Assembly: GCF_003704095.1 (NCBI RefSeq)
Contig: NW_020846747.1
Coordinates: 558,001 to 622,000 of the forward strand
Direction of reading: 5' to 3'
Length of the DNA: 64,000 nt
Source: Pocillopora damicornis
Lineage: Eukaryota
Notes under the pieces: generated by a model
Told to the model about the DNA's origin: nothing
Database searches by the model: none
The model's input: only the letters and a program-made list of their open reading frames with translations
Translations under genes and position numbers: made by a program
Part shown: piece after piece, positions 12,803 to 26,100 of the stretch
Layout of the letters: each line of letters starts with the position of its first letter
How positions within the stretch are numbered: the first letter of the stretch is position 1

Positions 12803-13610
12803 ATGAAAAGAAAACTTTTAAGAACCGAGTTTAGCCCGAAAGGATTTTGGAAGGGATTGCCAGCTGTGAAGAGGTTGGCTAAAGAAGCCGGGGTGCCTGA
12901 AGATGATACAAAGCTTTGGCTGATGAAGCAAGCCACCTGGCAGATTTATTTGCCTGCACTAAAGCATATCCCGGGACCAACTTTTGGTGTTGTTGATGTT
13001 ACAAGTAGATTCAAGGTCTCAAGAGCTTTTCAGAAAATTTCTAAGCGTGGACCACTGAGATGGCCAAAAGTTCTTCAGGTTGATGTCACGAGAGAGATGA
13101 CAAAGCACGATGTGAGGATAAGAAGAGGGAGTGTGAACAATTCAATCGAACTTTGGGTGAACGCCTCTTCACTTTCCACTACAGTCAAGAGATCAACTTT
13201 AGGGAGGGAAAGAGATCGACAGAATGGGTGAAGAGGCTTTTAGAAGTTGTTTCAGGTTTGAATAGTGAAGTGACCAGGTTGACTGGAAAGAGACCTATCG
13301 ATGCAATCAACGAAAAGTCGGTTCACGCAGAGAGTTAAACCACCTATTCAAGACCTGTTGGCTTGAAAGATAAGAGAAGAGACTCTTCAAAGAATGTGAA
13401 GTACTTCTTTGCAGCTGGTGAGCTGGAAGGTGGTCAAAAAAAGAGCAACAGATCACGTGAGGTCTCTTAAAGTCCACGGTATTGAGGGATCAACTGTGAA
13501 TAAGGGATAGATGTCTACTATCTGAAAGATGGCCCAAAGGGTGGATTCGTTTGAGAAGAGCTTCAGATTTTTCCTCCTGGAACAGAGTTACCTCCTGAAG
13601 GAATTCGTTG
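12803..13610 (+). pseudogene. Retroviral-like (rve) integrase of the Polinton-like element
   Basis: SPKGFWKGLPAVKRLAKEAGV...WLMKQATWQIYLP, VVDVTSRFK, PLRWPKVLQVD, ERLFTFHYSQE...WVKRLLEVVSGLNSEVTRLTGKRPIDA and C-terminal GPKGGFV*EELQIFPPGTELPP. Internal deletions and frameshifts. Confidence 0.85.
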
Positions 13611-14541
13611 ATTTGCGAAAAAAAAATGTTAAAAGATGACCCAATAGACCTAAGCAATCTTGGTGAATCAATTCAAAAAGCTGATAAAGATATACAGTCG
13701 AAAGATCGTCAATCTTGCGAAATACAATTGACAGCGAAGACCCAGGAAACAAGAAATGTGTTGATGAAAATACATAAACAAATCGATTCTATTTCCTTTT
13801 TTCTCAAAGTAAACCCACAGAAATCTCTTCGAGACATTCATCAAAGAAATAGTAAGAAGCTGGTATCACATGGGCCAAAATTCAAACAGTGAAGATTTTC
13901 ATTATAATAAATATAGCGTTACTGCTTATGATCAATCAGGATTGAACAATTATGCAACACAAGAAATAAAATTCCACCCAGAGCGAGAATATCCGCTTCG
14001 AAAAACAATGGAAGACTAAAGGAAGTAAATCAACCGACGTAGCACATTCAGCAGGATTCAAGACAAAAACAAATCCAACAGAAGGTAGAAAGTGGAAAAT
14101 CGTCTTCTGTCACTGGAATTGAGGAAGTGGAGATGATTTTATAAATAAATCTTTCTGGTGTAATGGGAAAAAAACTTGTCAACTTTGCTGCAATAGCATT
14201 AAATACAATTAAATGTATGGGAAAATTTCGAAAAACAGGATAGAGATGATTGTCATGGAGGTCCAAACTCAGAGTGCCACACTCTTCTCGATAACAATGA
14301 CACAATTTTGACAGAAGAACAAATCAAGGCACCACATATGAAGGTACAGCATTGATGCTGATCTTGTCGTATGGCAATCTCATGAAAATATCTGATAAGA
14401 AGCCAAGGAATTAAATCTTTACACAAACAATCTACACCCTTTCAGCGACAAGAGGTTCATTCAATATAACAATATTCACACCCACTTCAGAACTCAAGAG
14501 TAATCCACTGTAAAGAAGGTATGAAATCATTTAAAAATTTT

Positions 14542-14787
14542 AAGTTGTCTTTTGAAATCAACCTTGATTTCAAAATGCACAAAAGCTATTTTTTCCAAAT
14601 CAACCTTGATTTCAAGGTAAATTCATGAGTTGCCTTTAAAATCAGGGTTGTCTCCAAAATGTGTCAGAGCTGACTTCGAAGCCAAGGTTCTCACCAAGCC
14701 AACTCTGAAATCAAGTGTGAATTCATGAGTTACCTTGAAATCAAGGTTGTCTTTAAAACGCGTCGGAACCGGCTTTTTCTATCCACT
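14542..14787 (-). repeat. Right terminal inverted repeat of the Polinton-like element
   Basis: Collinear reverse-complement match to 7259-7511 over ~245 bp, including the internal AACCTTGATTTCAA sub-repeats. The last few terminal bases appear eroded. Confidence 0.88.
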
Positions 14788-15896
14788 TTAGTAAAAGATC
14801 AATAATTCTGTCTATTGTGCAAAATGAAAATAGTAAAACAACTGTTAACCTCTTCGAGAGACCGGAGGAGACCTGAAAAATCCGCCATTCCTATAGTTTA
14901 TTAAGTAGCTAATACTTCTCTCGAATCTCTCAAGATGCCAAGAAAAAAACCAAATGCCTAAGATCACTCCGAATTTAAAAATAAGCTTCTGGGTAAAATA
15001 GCAAGTACTCACATTCTGCCAAATGAACTTTACAAATTATAGAATTTACATGACTTTTGACTTTAGTAAAAGGGTGGAATTTTTAAGACGTACCCATAAT
15101 AAACAGCTTAGGTGACCTTCGAAATATTATTTGGAGATAGCACATTTACATGAATTCATGACGGGTAGGTAACATCTATTAGGAACCCAAATTTATTTGA
15201 GACGTTTGAAGGGAATGGAAGGCAAAATATGCCAAGTTTATGACCTCATGAAAGCCAACCTTAATCTAGACATGGGGAATCATGAAAATGAAGCATTATT
15301 ATGGCAGATTGAGAGCAATTATTCCTTTACCCAGAACTTTGTATTCAATGGCCAAATTTCGATCAAATTGCCAAAAAATAATAATATTAAAGAACAAAAG
15401 CAAAATCCGTAGAGTGAAATTGAAAAAACATTCCCTTTTCCATTATAATAGCAGTGCAAGAATGCTGTCGTGATCTTGACCAAGCGTTTCTAAAATTCCA
15501 TCAAAAAATGAAGCTGTACTTGCGATAGGGTTTTTTCCAGTACATACACAGTAGATTTTGAGTGATTGGCGTCTCTCTCAGAGGTTCATCATATAGTAAG
15601 AGTTGTTTACAACTAATAAACGCCGTTGCATATTCGATTTGTATATTCTCTCCCGTCCGATTTGCTGTAGCTTGATAAACATTTAAAAAGACAATAAAAA
15701 TACTATGTGCTTTTTAACCTACTTAGATAAAATACCCAAATCATTGCAATTATTGTTCAATTATTGTCCTTCGGCAGCAGTTTAGTGACATCGATATCCT
15801 TTCTTGTGACTCCATGGCTGGAAGCTTGAATACTAAACATTTGGTCCAGTGCTCTTTCATTTTATGACTGCATCCCATTTCCAAGCCAATCTTCCT

Positions 15897-16108
15897 TTAA
15901 CACTTTAAGCCCTGATAATGACTGGATTCTAATTTCTCTTTACAGCGTTATCCTTGAATCAAATGTAAAGGTTTTGAGAAAAAAGGAAAGGATCACTAAC
16001 TAAAGAAACTCCTGATAATAAATCAAATTCTCCTTGTCAGCACCATACGAAGTGTAAAGAGAACAGTGTGGAGAATATTAATGTTTATGTTAGAGTGCAA
16101 AGGGTCAA
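15897..16108 (+). mobile_element. ~210 bp abundant MITE-like repeat with TTAA/AGGGT(T/C)AA ends (piggyBac-like); further copies at ~21370-21535 (inverted), ~34303-34505 and ~49856-50057
   Basis: Shared core CTAATTTCTC...TGAATCA...AAATTCTCCTTGTCAG...ACAGTGTGGAGAATAT...GTTAG...AAGGGTTAA is seen in four places in the window. Confidence 0.65.
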
Positions 16109-17534
16109 GAGCTAAAAAATAACGACGCGGAAAAGGCTTATAACATAATCTTAACATTTCTCCCGCAAATACCGCCATCTGATTAGCTTGCAACAGGCAA
16201 ATTTATCCCAAATTATTAAAACTGTCTTGAAAGCTGGTCAGCTGAAGATTTGTGCAGAATGCAAAAGCTTTGTCTAGTTTGTTTTTTTATTTGTAAGCTA
16301 ATTGTCATTTTCTAGCGCGGTGTTCTTTGTGATTGAGTAGAATCAAGGCTCTTTAAATTAGAAAATTAGAGTAGGTTTTCGACCAATCAAATGAAAAGTA
16401 GCATTTTATGCCGGCAGCATTTCTCGATTTTTTTCCAAATTACGCTCAAATTGTGCCACTTATTCTTATGTATGCTTTTCATTAGTAATGCTACTTTTAT
16501 AAATATAGCTAAAAATTTTGACCGTTTGTATAATTTATATGGGCCTGATCAAATGCCACTGCATACTTTTGGAAAGAATCTAATAGACTCTTACTGTTTA
16601 TTGTTTGTATATCTTTCATCAAAGGATCTCTAAAGAACTTTGATTTCAGGTATAAAATAAACAAATGCAAGATCTTTTGCGGTAAAATCGACTCTTCCAT
16701 CACTAAATCTTTAAAGCCATGGAACCAAGATTAGCATTAAACGCCTGATGATGATGATGACATTGGTGTCAGTTTGATTATTACTTTTGTTACGCGAGAG
16801 CTTGTAAGATTCTATTGAGCTCGAGCTGAAAAGCGATAGAAACGACCGTTCTCTTTTGCGCACGAGGTGTATTAGCTATGCACTTTAAATCGTGGTCCAT
16901 GAGCGCTTTTTTGAAAGGAAGACAACCTGCCTTGACTTGTTTTTTCTACCCTAACTATTCAGAAACTTCATTTACCTATGACCACGTCTTGGATTTGTAT
17001 CTTCCTTGCAGCTGTAGCTCATTGTACTGATTATCCTTTCAACCCGCACTCCAATCTTGTTTTATTGATATCCCGGTGTTACCCAGTCAGCCATGTTTTA
17101 CTGATGACCCTGCGATTGCCTCTGTCTTTCCTTTGGTCAGCTGCGGTCTCCTGAAAGCTAGCTAAGTCCTTAGAGAAAAAATCCTGGAAAACCTTTTAGA
17201 TAAATTTGAGTTCATTAAAATATTTTGCAATTTATATCATAAATGCATTTGATCATAGAATTAATTTATAGCTAGTTATAAATTAATCAATTTATTTACT
17301 TCTTTATTCATCTCCCTTTTAATTATTATTTCTTTATTTCATTAAAATTTGATTATGAATTGATAACTGTTATTAATTACTATTATAGATATATATTTAT
17401 ATTTATACATTTAATGCCTTAATCATTTCGCTTATTTATTAATCAATTTTTTTGTTTATTTTAAATTCGCAACCCTATTTTAAAAAGGAAATCGAAATAC
17501 CTCTTTACGATAGCGTATGTTAGCGCTCTTTATT

Positions 17535-18260
17535 AGACTGGTGTGACTGCTACAGTCTGGACTGGACTATAGTGAATTGGACTGCAACTAAACTTGACTG
17601 CACTGGGCTGTTGTGGACTACGCTGCACGGAATTACACTTGACTGCACAGGGCTGTTGTAGAATGCACTTCACTGAATTAGACTTGACTATACTGTTCAG
17701 TTCTTAACTGCGCTCCATTGAATTAGACGTGATTGCAGTGGGCTGCACTGGACTACACTGAATTGCGTTTTGTTCGACGGGACTGCAATTCAAGGTACTA
17801 GGTTGTACTTCACTTCGCTAGGAACGACTGCAGTTGGCTGCTCTGGACTGCACTGCACTTTGCTACCGCTTTATTGGAGAGGAGTGGTCTGGAATGGACT
17901 GGACTGGACTGGACCGTTCTAAACTGAACCAAATTCGACTGGACTGGGCTGGATTGCGCTGCTCTGAACAGCATTGCACTTCACTGGAAAGTGCTGAACT
18001 GGACTGCTCTGCACTTCACATCAATACTCCGCACTAGACTGCTCTCCACTTCACCAGAATAGATTGCAATGCACCGCTCTGGATTGCACTGGACAGCTTT
18101 GTAATTCAGGCAACTGGACAGCATTTCGCCAGACTGATCTGCACTGAATTGTACTGTACGTTACCGAATAGCGCTGGACTGGACTGCACACCACTTAAAT
18201 GTACTCTACCAGACTAGACCACGTATCATCACACTGAACTACGATGGAATTTCCTAGTTG
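17535..18260 (+). repeat. Degenerate pentamer microsatellite (ACTGG/ACTGC/ACTGA)n
   Basis: 5-bp periodicity, e.g. GGACTGGACTGGACTGGAC and CTGCACTGGACTACACTG. A second tract in the same orientation lies at ~20840-21050. Confidence 0.8.
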
Positions 18261-19074
18261 GGCTTCTCTGGATTGAAAACAACTGCTACTAAAGACTGAT
18301 AATATATTGAGGTTTGAGAAAACATCAATCGAATCATAAAACCATACGTTCGATGTTAGTCCTGGCTGCATAATTCAATTCAACAAAATCAAGCTTTGGA
18401 TGTTATGTATCTAGGCAAGAGAGACTAATGTCTCATTTTTTCTTTCATCTGGGGCTTCGAGCTTATGATATACGACAATGAACACGGTGTTAGGTTTCCT
18501 AAATTTTCCCAAACCGTATATTTACGTTAAATGATCATCTGTGGCCAGTCTGAAGAGCTGCTGATTAGATAACTGGGTCTTTTCAAAAAGTGTTAGCTAA
18601 TGTTTTTTTTTCATTATTTTTACACTAAAAAAAAAACTGTTAAGATACAAAATGTGTGGAAATATTAAACATTTTACCTTGCTTGTTGTTAAGCGTTGTC
18701 ATCGAGGAAAAGATTTGAGACGTCGTCTCACAAATCCTGTAAACAGAAAATTTCAAATAGTCCAGAAGCAAGAATACTTCTTGCACATAATTAAATGTTA
18801 CCTCAGAGCCGTCAGATGTCCCACGTTACTTTGATGTGATCCGAATTTATTCACTAGGTCAGGCTGAAAAGAAAAAAAGTCGAGAAAAACTTCAACTGTT
18901 GTTATCAAAACATGCCAGCCTCACCTGTTTCAGATGACCTGAAGTACTATAGAAAAGAACAGATTTCTCCCGCTACTTGACGCGACCCATCAAGATTTTC
19001 CTGTCGGCGAAAGCTTCCATATAGTAAAGGTTAGTATTGCAAATTTAAGTAAGCTCTTTACTTACCTTCTCAGT

Positions 19075-19960
19075 GATGCGCAGCCCCCGAAAACGGGCTT
19101 ATGTCGAGTGCGCAGCAACACGAGGTTCAGAAAAAAATTTGAAAAATTGGCGAGTCCCCGAAAATGGACACGGTGAAATTTTGGAATATCCACCACGAAA
19201 GTTGTTAGGAAATTTAGCACCGATTTGGTTCAATTCAAGTCAACAACCACGCCCCCGAAAATGGGCGAACGCACAGCCAACACGTACAGCTAACTTCACT
19301 GCAAGGGTTCTCCTTCAGAAGATTACAAAACCCTCGAAACAAACCAGTTCACGGGATCGAGCAAATGCCCCGAAATTGGCGTATCAAAAGCCTCCGAAAA
19401 TAGGCCAGTGTGAAGCTCCTGCAGTTAAAATTGCGTTAGTAAGGTTTAAAGCTAGTTTCTTAATAAAGAAAAGACACGGAGACACTTTTTTTTTATTTTA
19501 TTCTTGAGAGAGTTTTACACGAGAGCGCAGCGAAAAATGTATCATGTGAATTCTAAGTGAACTGTAAAAATAAAGAAAAGGACACGGACACAATCGTATT
19601 TGGCATTTTATTTTCTAAGGCAATATTACATCAATAAATTAAATTAATTTCTAAACTACTCGACAGAGCTTAGCAGGGGGGGACGCGCACTTAGGACGAA
19701 AAATTTGGCGTCCGGAAAACTCCGAGTGTTCCATGTCAGTAAATGTCGACATCCCGATAATTTGAACACCCTGAGTGTCCCAGACGGTGCTTTCATCTTT
19801 AAAGCAACTTGTTAACGACTTTCCGTCGCTTCCAAGTGCCTCTGTTTTCCGAAATGAAAATCCATACAAATTCCGAAAAGTCGAACAAAAAGCCGAAGTG
19901 AAATTCGAACCGAAATTTAAGCCGAACTCCGAAGGCAAGGTAATACTCCGAAATACAACA
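19075..19960. repeat. CCGAA(A)-rich dispersed-motif region, probably the subterminal repeat array of a non-autonomous DNA transposon
   Basis: CCCCGAAA/CCGAAA/TCGAA motifs recur more than a dozen times, and GC content is above the flanks. No protein homology recognised. Confidence 0.4.
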
Positions 19961-20839
19961 CGGTTTCAATTTTTATCCATGCATGCGTAATCTTTTCTCA
20001 GAGGCTGATTCTCAGCCCAAGGAAAGAACTGAGAAGGGGAGTGTTGCAGCCCAGAGTAAACCATCATACCTGCGCGCAAGCTCTTGGCACGTCAAGAGCT
20101 TTACACATACCTCAGGCCAGTCTCCAACCGATCCCTACCTCAAATGGGATGCTGTTTATCACCATGACAACCGCTCCTCCAAGTTTGTGGTACATCCATC
20201 CTCCGACACACTTGACGTGGCTGAAGGGTCTGAAGCGAAGTCAACTTTAACAGCTGACAATGGTCCAAATTATCAAGAGTAAGGCGCGAGAAATTCAAAT
20301 GACTTNNNNNNNNNNNNNNNNNNNNNNNNNNNNNNNNNNNNNNNNNNNNNNNNNNNNNNNNNNNNNNNNNNNNNNNNNNNNNNNNNNNNNNNNNNNNNNN
20401 NNNNNCGACGAAAAAGAAACGAACCTTAGCGGAATATAAGCCGAACATTATTCTATTTAAAGAAAAAACCCCAAGAAAAAATTTGGAGGGAGGACCCCGC
20501 CCAACCTCAAGGGGACCCGCTAACTAAGCTAGCTAAAATTATTACTTGAATTATTTTGTGCCAAATCTGAAGTATGTCAACTTCTGTTATAATTTGCGTT
20601 GCAAGATTCAACCAGCGCACTATTTATTAACCCTCCGTTCATCCCGACCCACAAAGAATTTTACTAACCGGGCGCGACCGGACATCAGCGTCTTCTAACT
20701 GATCTGTTCCCAGCCTCCTCGCATGCAACAGAAAGGAAGAGAAGAAAAAACCCAATGGGGCGTTGGCTCTTTTCTTCATCACGCTTTCCCGTCCTTATGC
20801 GAGTCGCACTGGTAACGAGAGTCAGCACTTGTCTTGCGA

Positions 20840-21050
20840 TGATGGACTGAACCACATGGACAGGAATGGAACTGACTGGACCGGGCCGGACTGAACCGCA
20901 TGAAACTGGACGCTGAGGTTTGGACTAAGGGCACAGTAAACTGGACTCTACTGAACTGAACTAGGCTGGACTGCACTAGACGGAACTGGGCTAGACGGGA
21001 CAGGAATGGACTGAGTTGTGTTTGGACTAGAGTGTGTCGGACATGACTAA
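20840..21050 (+). repeat. Second degenerate pentamer (ACTGG-like) tract
   Basis: GGACTGAACC, AACTGACTGGACC, CTGGACTGCACTAG and similar units. Confidence 0.7.
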
Positions 21051-23103
21051 ATGACAAAGAAATTATGTCAGTTTAAAAGCTGGACTTTCCGATATAAATT
21101 TAAGTGAAATAAATCAAACTTGAAAGCATTGTGGCCCAGTGTAAGGGAAAAAATTGAAAAATTATCACACTCTGAACATACAATTATAGCAAATGTATGA
21201 AGAATTGAATAGGGTTTTTTTGTTAAAAAATATTTGTTGCTGAAACATGGCAGAAATTGGAGCCAATAAAAGATAAATTTAAATCCCTTTTCCAGAGTCA
21301 ATCTCAGGGGTAACCAGATTGGAAAAATTGTTTTGTTCGAAGTTCGAGTCTCTCCTTTATCCTTCACACCTTCACATAAGAGTGTATATTATCAATACTG
21401 TTCTCTTTACATTTCTTAAGAAGAACGTGTTTAACGGTTATGAGCTTCGTGGGTTGGAGATCAATTCAATCTGTGATTGAAGGGTGATATTTTAAGGAGA
21501 AATTAAATGCTAAAAACTCTAAGTTTAAGGGTTAAAAAAAAAGACTAATGTCTGAGAACGAAATCCCCTCGAAATTGTGATGTAACAATTTCGTCTGGGG
21601 TCATGATGAGTGAACTTCGAAGCGTATCTTAAATTTTCCTTGCGAGATTTTTAAGAATCTAAATGCAGAATTTAATTAAAACTTTTGCAGATGAACGCTT
21701 TGTATAAAGCCTCCAAAAGAAGCAACCAAACAGGCAAATGAAATCTCAGGAAAATATTAGAGATGAGAGCCAATCATTTAAACAAGAATTGAAGTTATGA
21801 AAAAGCAAACAAGAGAACAAAAGGGTTTTCGTCTCAAATATCAGAAAATTAAAACTTACTTTTAAAATGAGGGCTTTGGGTCTAAAATATCAGAAGAATT
21901 TCAAGCCTTTTTTGATTAAATAAAATATTACTGAAAGTGTTATTATTTAGAGTGCTGGGATGTTTTGATAAAATAGAAACCAAAATCATGGCCACAAGTG
22001 CGTGCCTAATTTTTCACTTGTCAAAATGAACGGTTGACCCTTACTCTCTAAGAAGCGATTTTCATGCAACTTCTCCCGATAATATTCGCTTCAGACCTGT
22101 AACTAATGAAAACTTAAGCGCACAAACCACGCTTTCTCCATATTTCGATGCGGAGTTTCAGCAAAGATGATGAAAGATTTGAAATGGCTCTCCGTTCGAC
22201 AACACTTCCATATAAGAATTTCAAGGAAGCCGATTTTTCAAATTTAAATTACGCTATATCTATGTCTGCTGCTAAGTAATTGACAGCTTCTGGGCAGAAA
22301 TACGAGCAACTGAAAAAAGTTAAAGGATTTCATGAAACGAAGCTACGACCTAGAACCTCTCTTGAGCTTGCACATGGCTGGCTCTTCCGAAATTTCAGTT
22401 CACAAAGTTCTACTTGCTCACATAAGCGTCAACCAGCACTTACCTGCATCCGTCCGTTGCCAGAAATGTTACATATCGCTTCGCTTAAGTTAGAAGAAAC
22501 AAGAAACGAAAGAAGGCTTCCAAAGAAGAAAACACTGTGTAAGCGCTGAAATTGTGATCGCTAAATTTGAGTTTCTCGAAGCTTGTGACAATTTCAAAAG
22601 GTGCGCCGTTTTAAAACTTGTGCACGTGGGTTACTGAGCTCTTTCCTGACTGGCTCGTCTAACTGCACGGGTTTTAGCGCGTTAAGTTTTTTTCTGATTC
22701 ATTAGCACTAATTCTTTAGAACCAAATTCTGCTAAAGTAAACAGGAAAATGAACATCTGATTTCGCTCATCGCTCACTTTTCTTCAAGAATATAATCGAA
22801 TGATCCCCGCCGCAGAAAAATGGAAAAGAATTAGTCCTTGCAATAAGTGCAAAATTTTTGCACAAATGAAAAACTGAAAGGTAATTAACAAATTAAAACT
22901 TTCATTTCCGCCGTTGTCGTTCGCTTAAAAGTGCTCCTAAATGCCTCTATCAAAATAGCAAAATGTGGTATGAAATAAGCCATAGTTACTATTTTTCACG
23001 GGTTCTCATTATTTCTCGTTCTTGTCCGTTTAATTACAGCTGAAATTTTGATTAAAACATAATAAAAAAACTATTAAGATAAATGAAAACTTTCGCTATC
23101 CAC

Positions 23104-23165
23104 CAGGCCTCGGTTGTTCAAAGGCTGGATAGAGCTATCCACCGGATAAATTGCTATCCAGCGGT
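23104..23165. repeat. Short palindromic MITE-like repeat fragment (second copy ~62745-62861)
   Basis: GGTTGTTCAAAGGCTGGATAGAGCTATCCACCGGATAA resembles GGTTGTTGAAAGGTGGATAACGCTACCCACTAGATAA...CCTTTGAACAA at 62747-62853. Confidence 0.55.
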
Positions 23166-26100
23166 TAATTGTTTACAAAACATAACACGCTATTTTTAAG
23201 CGCTTTATCGGCACGAAGCTTTTGGAATTTCTACTAGCGCAAGGTTCACACTTGTTAGAGATAACCTCCAGGGATAAGAAAACACTAACTTAGCCGTTAG
23301 GGCTTCAGATTGTTTAGTTCACGCGGTCTTATGTACCTCTCAGAATCTCGCGGCATAGAGCACAAGTGCGTTCTCGGCTCTAAAGGTTGAGAAAATACAA
23401 CCAAATGAGAATATAAGCGTTAAGCTTTTTGGCAACAATAGTGGATGTTGGAGTTGTTAGTGTAGTTAGTAGACGTTGTAACAACAATTCAGTGGAACAT
23501 TTTAAAACAAGAAGCTATTGTACTCTAAGACTCCTGGTACTCTTCACTCAGCGAGTTTGCTCAAGCTAGCTGCCCCCTCACTTCCCAACACTTTGATACA
23601 ACTCCAGACTTCAGAATCTGTCATGTTGTGAAGTTTTTATGCCGTCTTACTTAAGTATCAATCATCGGTTGTATCAACTCAATGTTAATTACTTATCAGG
23701 TAATAACTACTTGCCCTAGCTTGTTCCTCTGCCTCCAATACACATTGTCTGCAAACTCGACTTGCAAGGTTTCAGTTCGTTTTGGTTTCTTAAAGAACTC
23801 TGTCTTACAGGTTAGTAAGAGCTTAAAGGAAGATTATTCTACGTTGATTCAAGTGTAAGACAAATTGATTAGATCGGAGCCCCCCTTGAGTGGATTCGAA
23901 TGCCGGATTTCTACGAAATAAGCCATATTAGGAACACGCGTTTGACGGTTTAGAACACTATACAATGCGCTAGGTTTATAGTATTTGGAATTGCAACCGT
24001 GGAAGATTTTCCTTTCTTATGCGTGTGATATATGTTTCCTGCTCGTCAGCAAGGGAACCAAAGAATTCTGAACTGAGAAGGTCAAGAATTCCTTTTTTGC
24101 TATACTGAAAATAGATGGGGTTACCTTGGCTCCGGAAACTAAAACTGCGAATAAAAATTTTTGCAATCATTTAATTGCTGAATTAAGAGAGGTCATGCTT
24201 TAAAACTAGATTTAAAACTTTTGTGTCGAGACAAAAGCGGTGTTCTTTCAGAATTTTCATCCTCTCGAGAATAAGTCTCAAAAAGAAGGAGAATTTGATT
24301 ATTAAAATTAGACTTTAAAAGGAGCTGAAGTAACCTCTTCTAACTCCACTCAAAACTTTGTCTGTTGTTCTCAGTAATATTTCACACAAGGGGACATTAA
24401 TCGAATCGGACATAGCTGGGGATATTAGAAAGAAAAATTGAATTAGTCAGTTCTCATCATCTGCACTGATCTTGTTTGTTCCAATGTCTAACCTTATCTG
24501 TCACTTGAAGATTAAATCTGATGACAGATACGACAATGTAAATGAAATAAACTAATAAGCGACCTTGTGACCTAGAAAATATGCGCCAAATTTAGCTGAA
24601 TCAAGAGCGACTCTATCATCTAATAAAAATCCTCCGAATGGATTCCAATTCATGAACTCGTGTTTTCCAGGGGCCGTAGCCAGTATGAGGCAACCGAAGC
24701 ACTAGCCGCAGAATTTTTCTTCGCCTTTTTCGGAACCAACTACTAAATGGATAAATGTAAATAAAACTCATTGTTGTGTAAAGTAGTCTTAAATAAACAC
24801 CCTAAATACCTAGGAATAGAATTTCACCATGGAAATTGCCTCGGTCATAAATTTTTTTCTGACTTTGGCCCTGATTTCTGAGCCTTCTGTTTTCGTAGTT
24901 CCATTTGAACAGTCTATTGCGTGACTATTGTGTGACCTCTTCTTATTACGTCAAACTGGTGTTTGATTGGCAGTTTTAGGAGGAGCACAAGTTTCAGGTC
25001 GGAGTGAGGTGTTTATAGGACATTGTCTGATTTTGCTATCTTTCTGAGTGTTAGAATATTCCACTTGTCTGTGTTTAGAACTTTCGCGTTTCGCTTATTT
25101 CGTTGTTCCACTGTAAATGGTAAGCAGTTTTCCAGACACTCGTGGTGAGAATATACTTGTTAGTGATCATTGTGTTTCAACATGTTGCTGGACTAGCTGC
25201 TGATGTTTACATTATATAGGACGGCTATGAACAAAGTTCAATATTTGCAAACGATGAAGTATTAACAACTCTGGGAGGTGCATGTTAACGAATGCCACAA
25301 GTTTTCTTATATAGTTAAAGAATATACGTGATCATAATTTTTCAATCAATGTACATGATATAATTACGCGCTTCTGATTGGCAGAAAATGAGTGCAAAGT
25401 TGTAACACGAGTGCAAAGTACAAATAACGCGCGCACGCTTTCAAATTTCGTCCGTCTTGCCAGTGGCTTTTGGCGATGTGTTTTCATGTTCGTTATCAAC
25501 AAGTAATAAAATGATTCCTCTTGCGATTTGGTGTAATTAGCACTTCTGTAGTGCATTTGTTGTCTTTTTCAAAGACTACAAATTGCGCTTGCTTTAGGGG
25601 CTCGTGCAATTTAGTTGTCTTTGAAAAATTAACTCGATTGCTTATTAATTACACCAAGGGGAGGGGTAGGTTGCCCAGATACTGATATTGATCCGATGTA
25701 CGTATATCACGAAAATGAAATTGATACGCTTAAAAGACCTTATACACATGACATTAGCCCTAAATATACCTAAGTAATCAATAAACGGCCGCAAGCATCT
25801 TACAGCTTTTAAAAAAAAGATTGAATCGAACTATTGTCACAGCTAGAGTACACACTAGACTGCACAATCACGGAAAGCTTACTTGGCCAATCGCATATTG
25901 GGAATCTTTGAGGTTTTGACAGTCAAACAACGGTGTGTTGGGTCACCTGCTTACATATGTCGTAATTGCCAAGGAATATTTTTTCTCCAATTTGCTTGCC
26001 TTAAATCTATTATTTCGATCACGTTCAGTTAAGGTTAAAACATTTTTTTACTGAATTTGAACCAAGAAATTTATTTGGAAAATTGTCTCTCCTACTTACA

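Larger units (their letters stand above)
7259..14787 (+). mobile_element. Decayed Polinton/Maverick (adintovirus-like) element, ~7.5 kb
   Basis: Bounded by inverted repeats (7259-7511 and 14542-14787). The left end begins AGTAGTAG, typical of Polinton termini. The interior carries frameshifted pPolB, packaging ATPase and rve integrase, all on +. No 6-bp TSD recognisable. An N gap lies inside at 7512-7858. Confidence 0.88.

Noticed and set aside
7253-14795. 6-bp target site duplication of the Polinton
   Set aside because: The left flank ATTTTG has no match after the right TIR, whose terminus is eroded.
19073-20282. ORFs of 144, 95, 71 and 99 aa
   Set aside because: No recognisable motifs or splice structure. 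They are explained by the locally GC-richer CCGAAA-repeat sequence.
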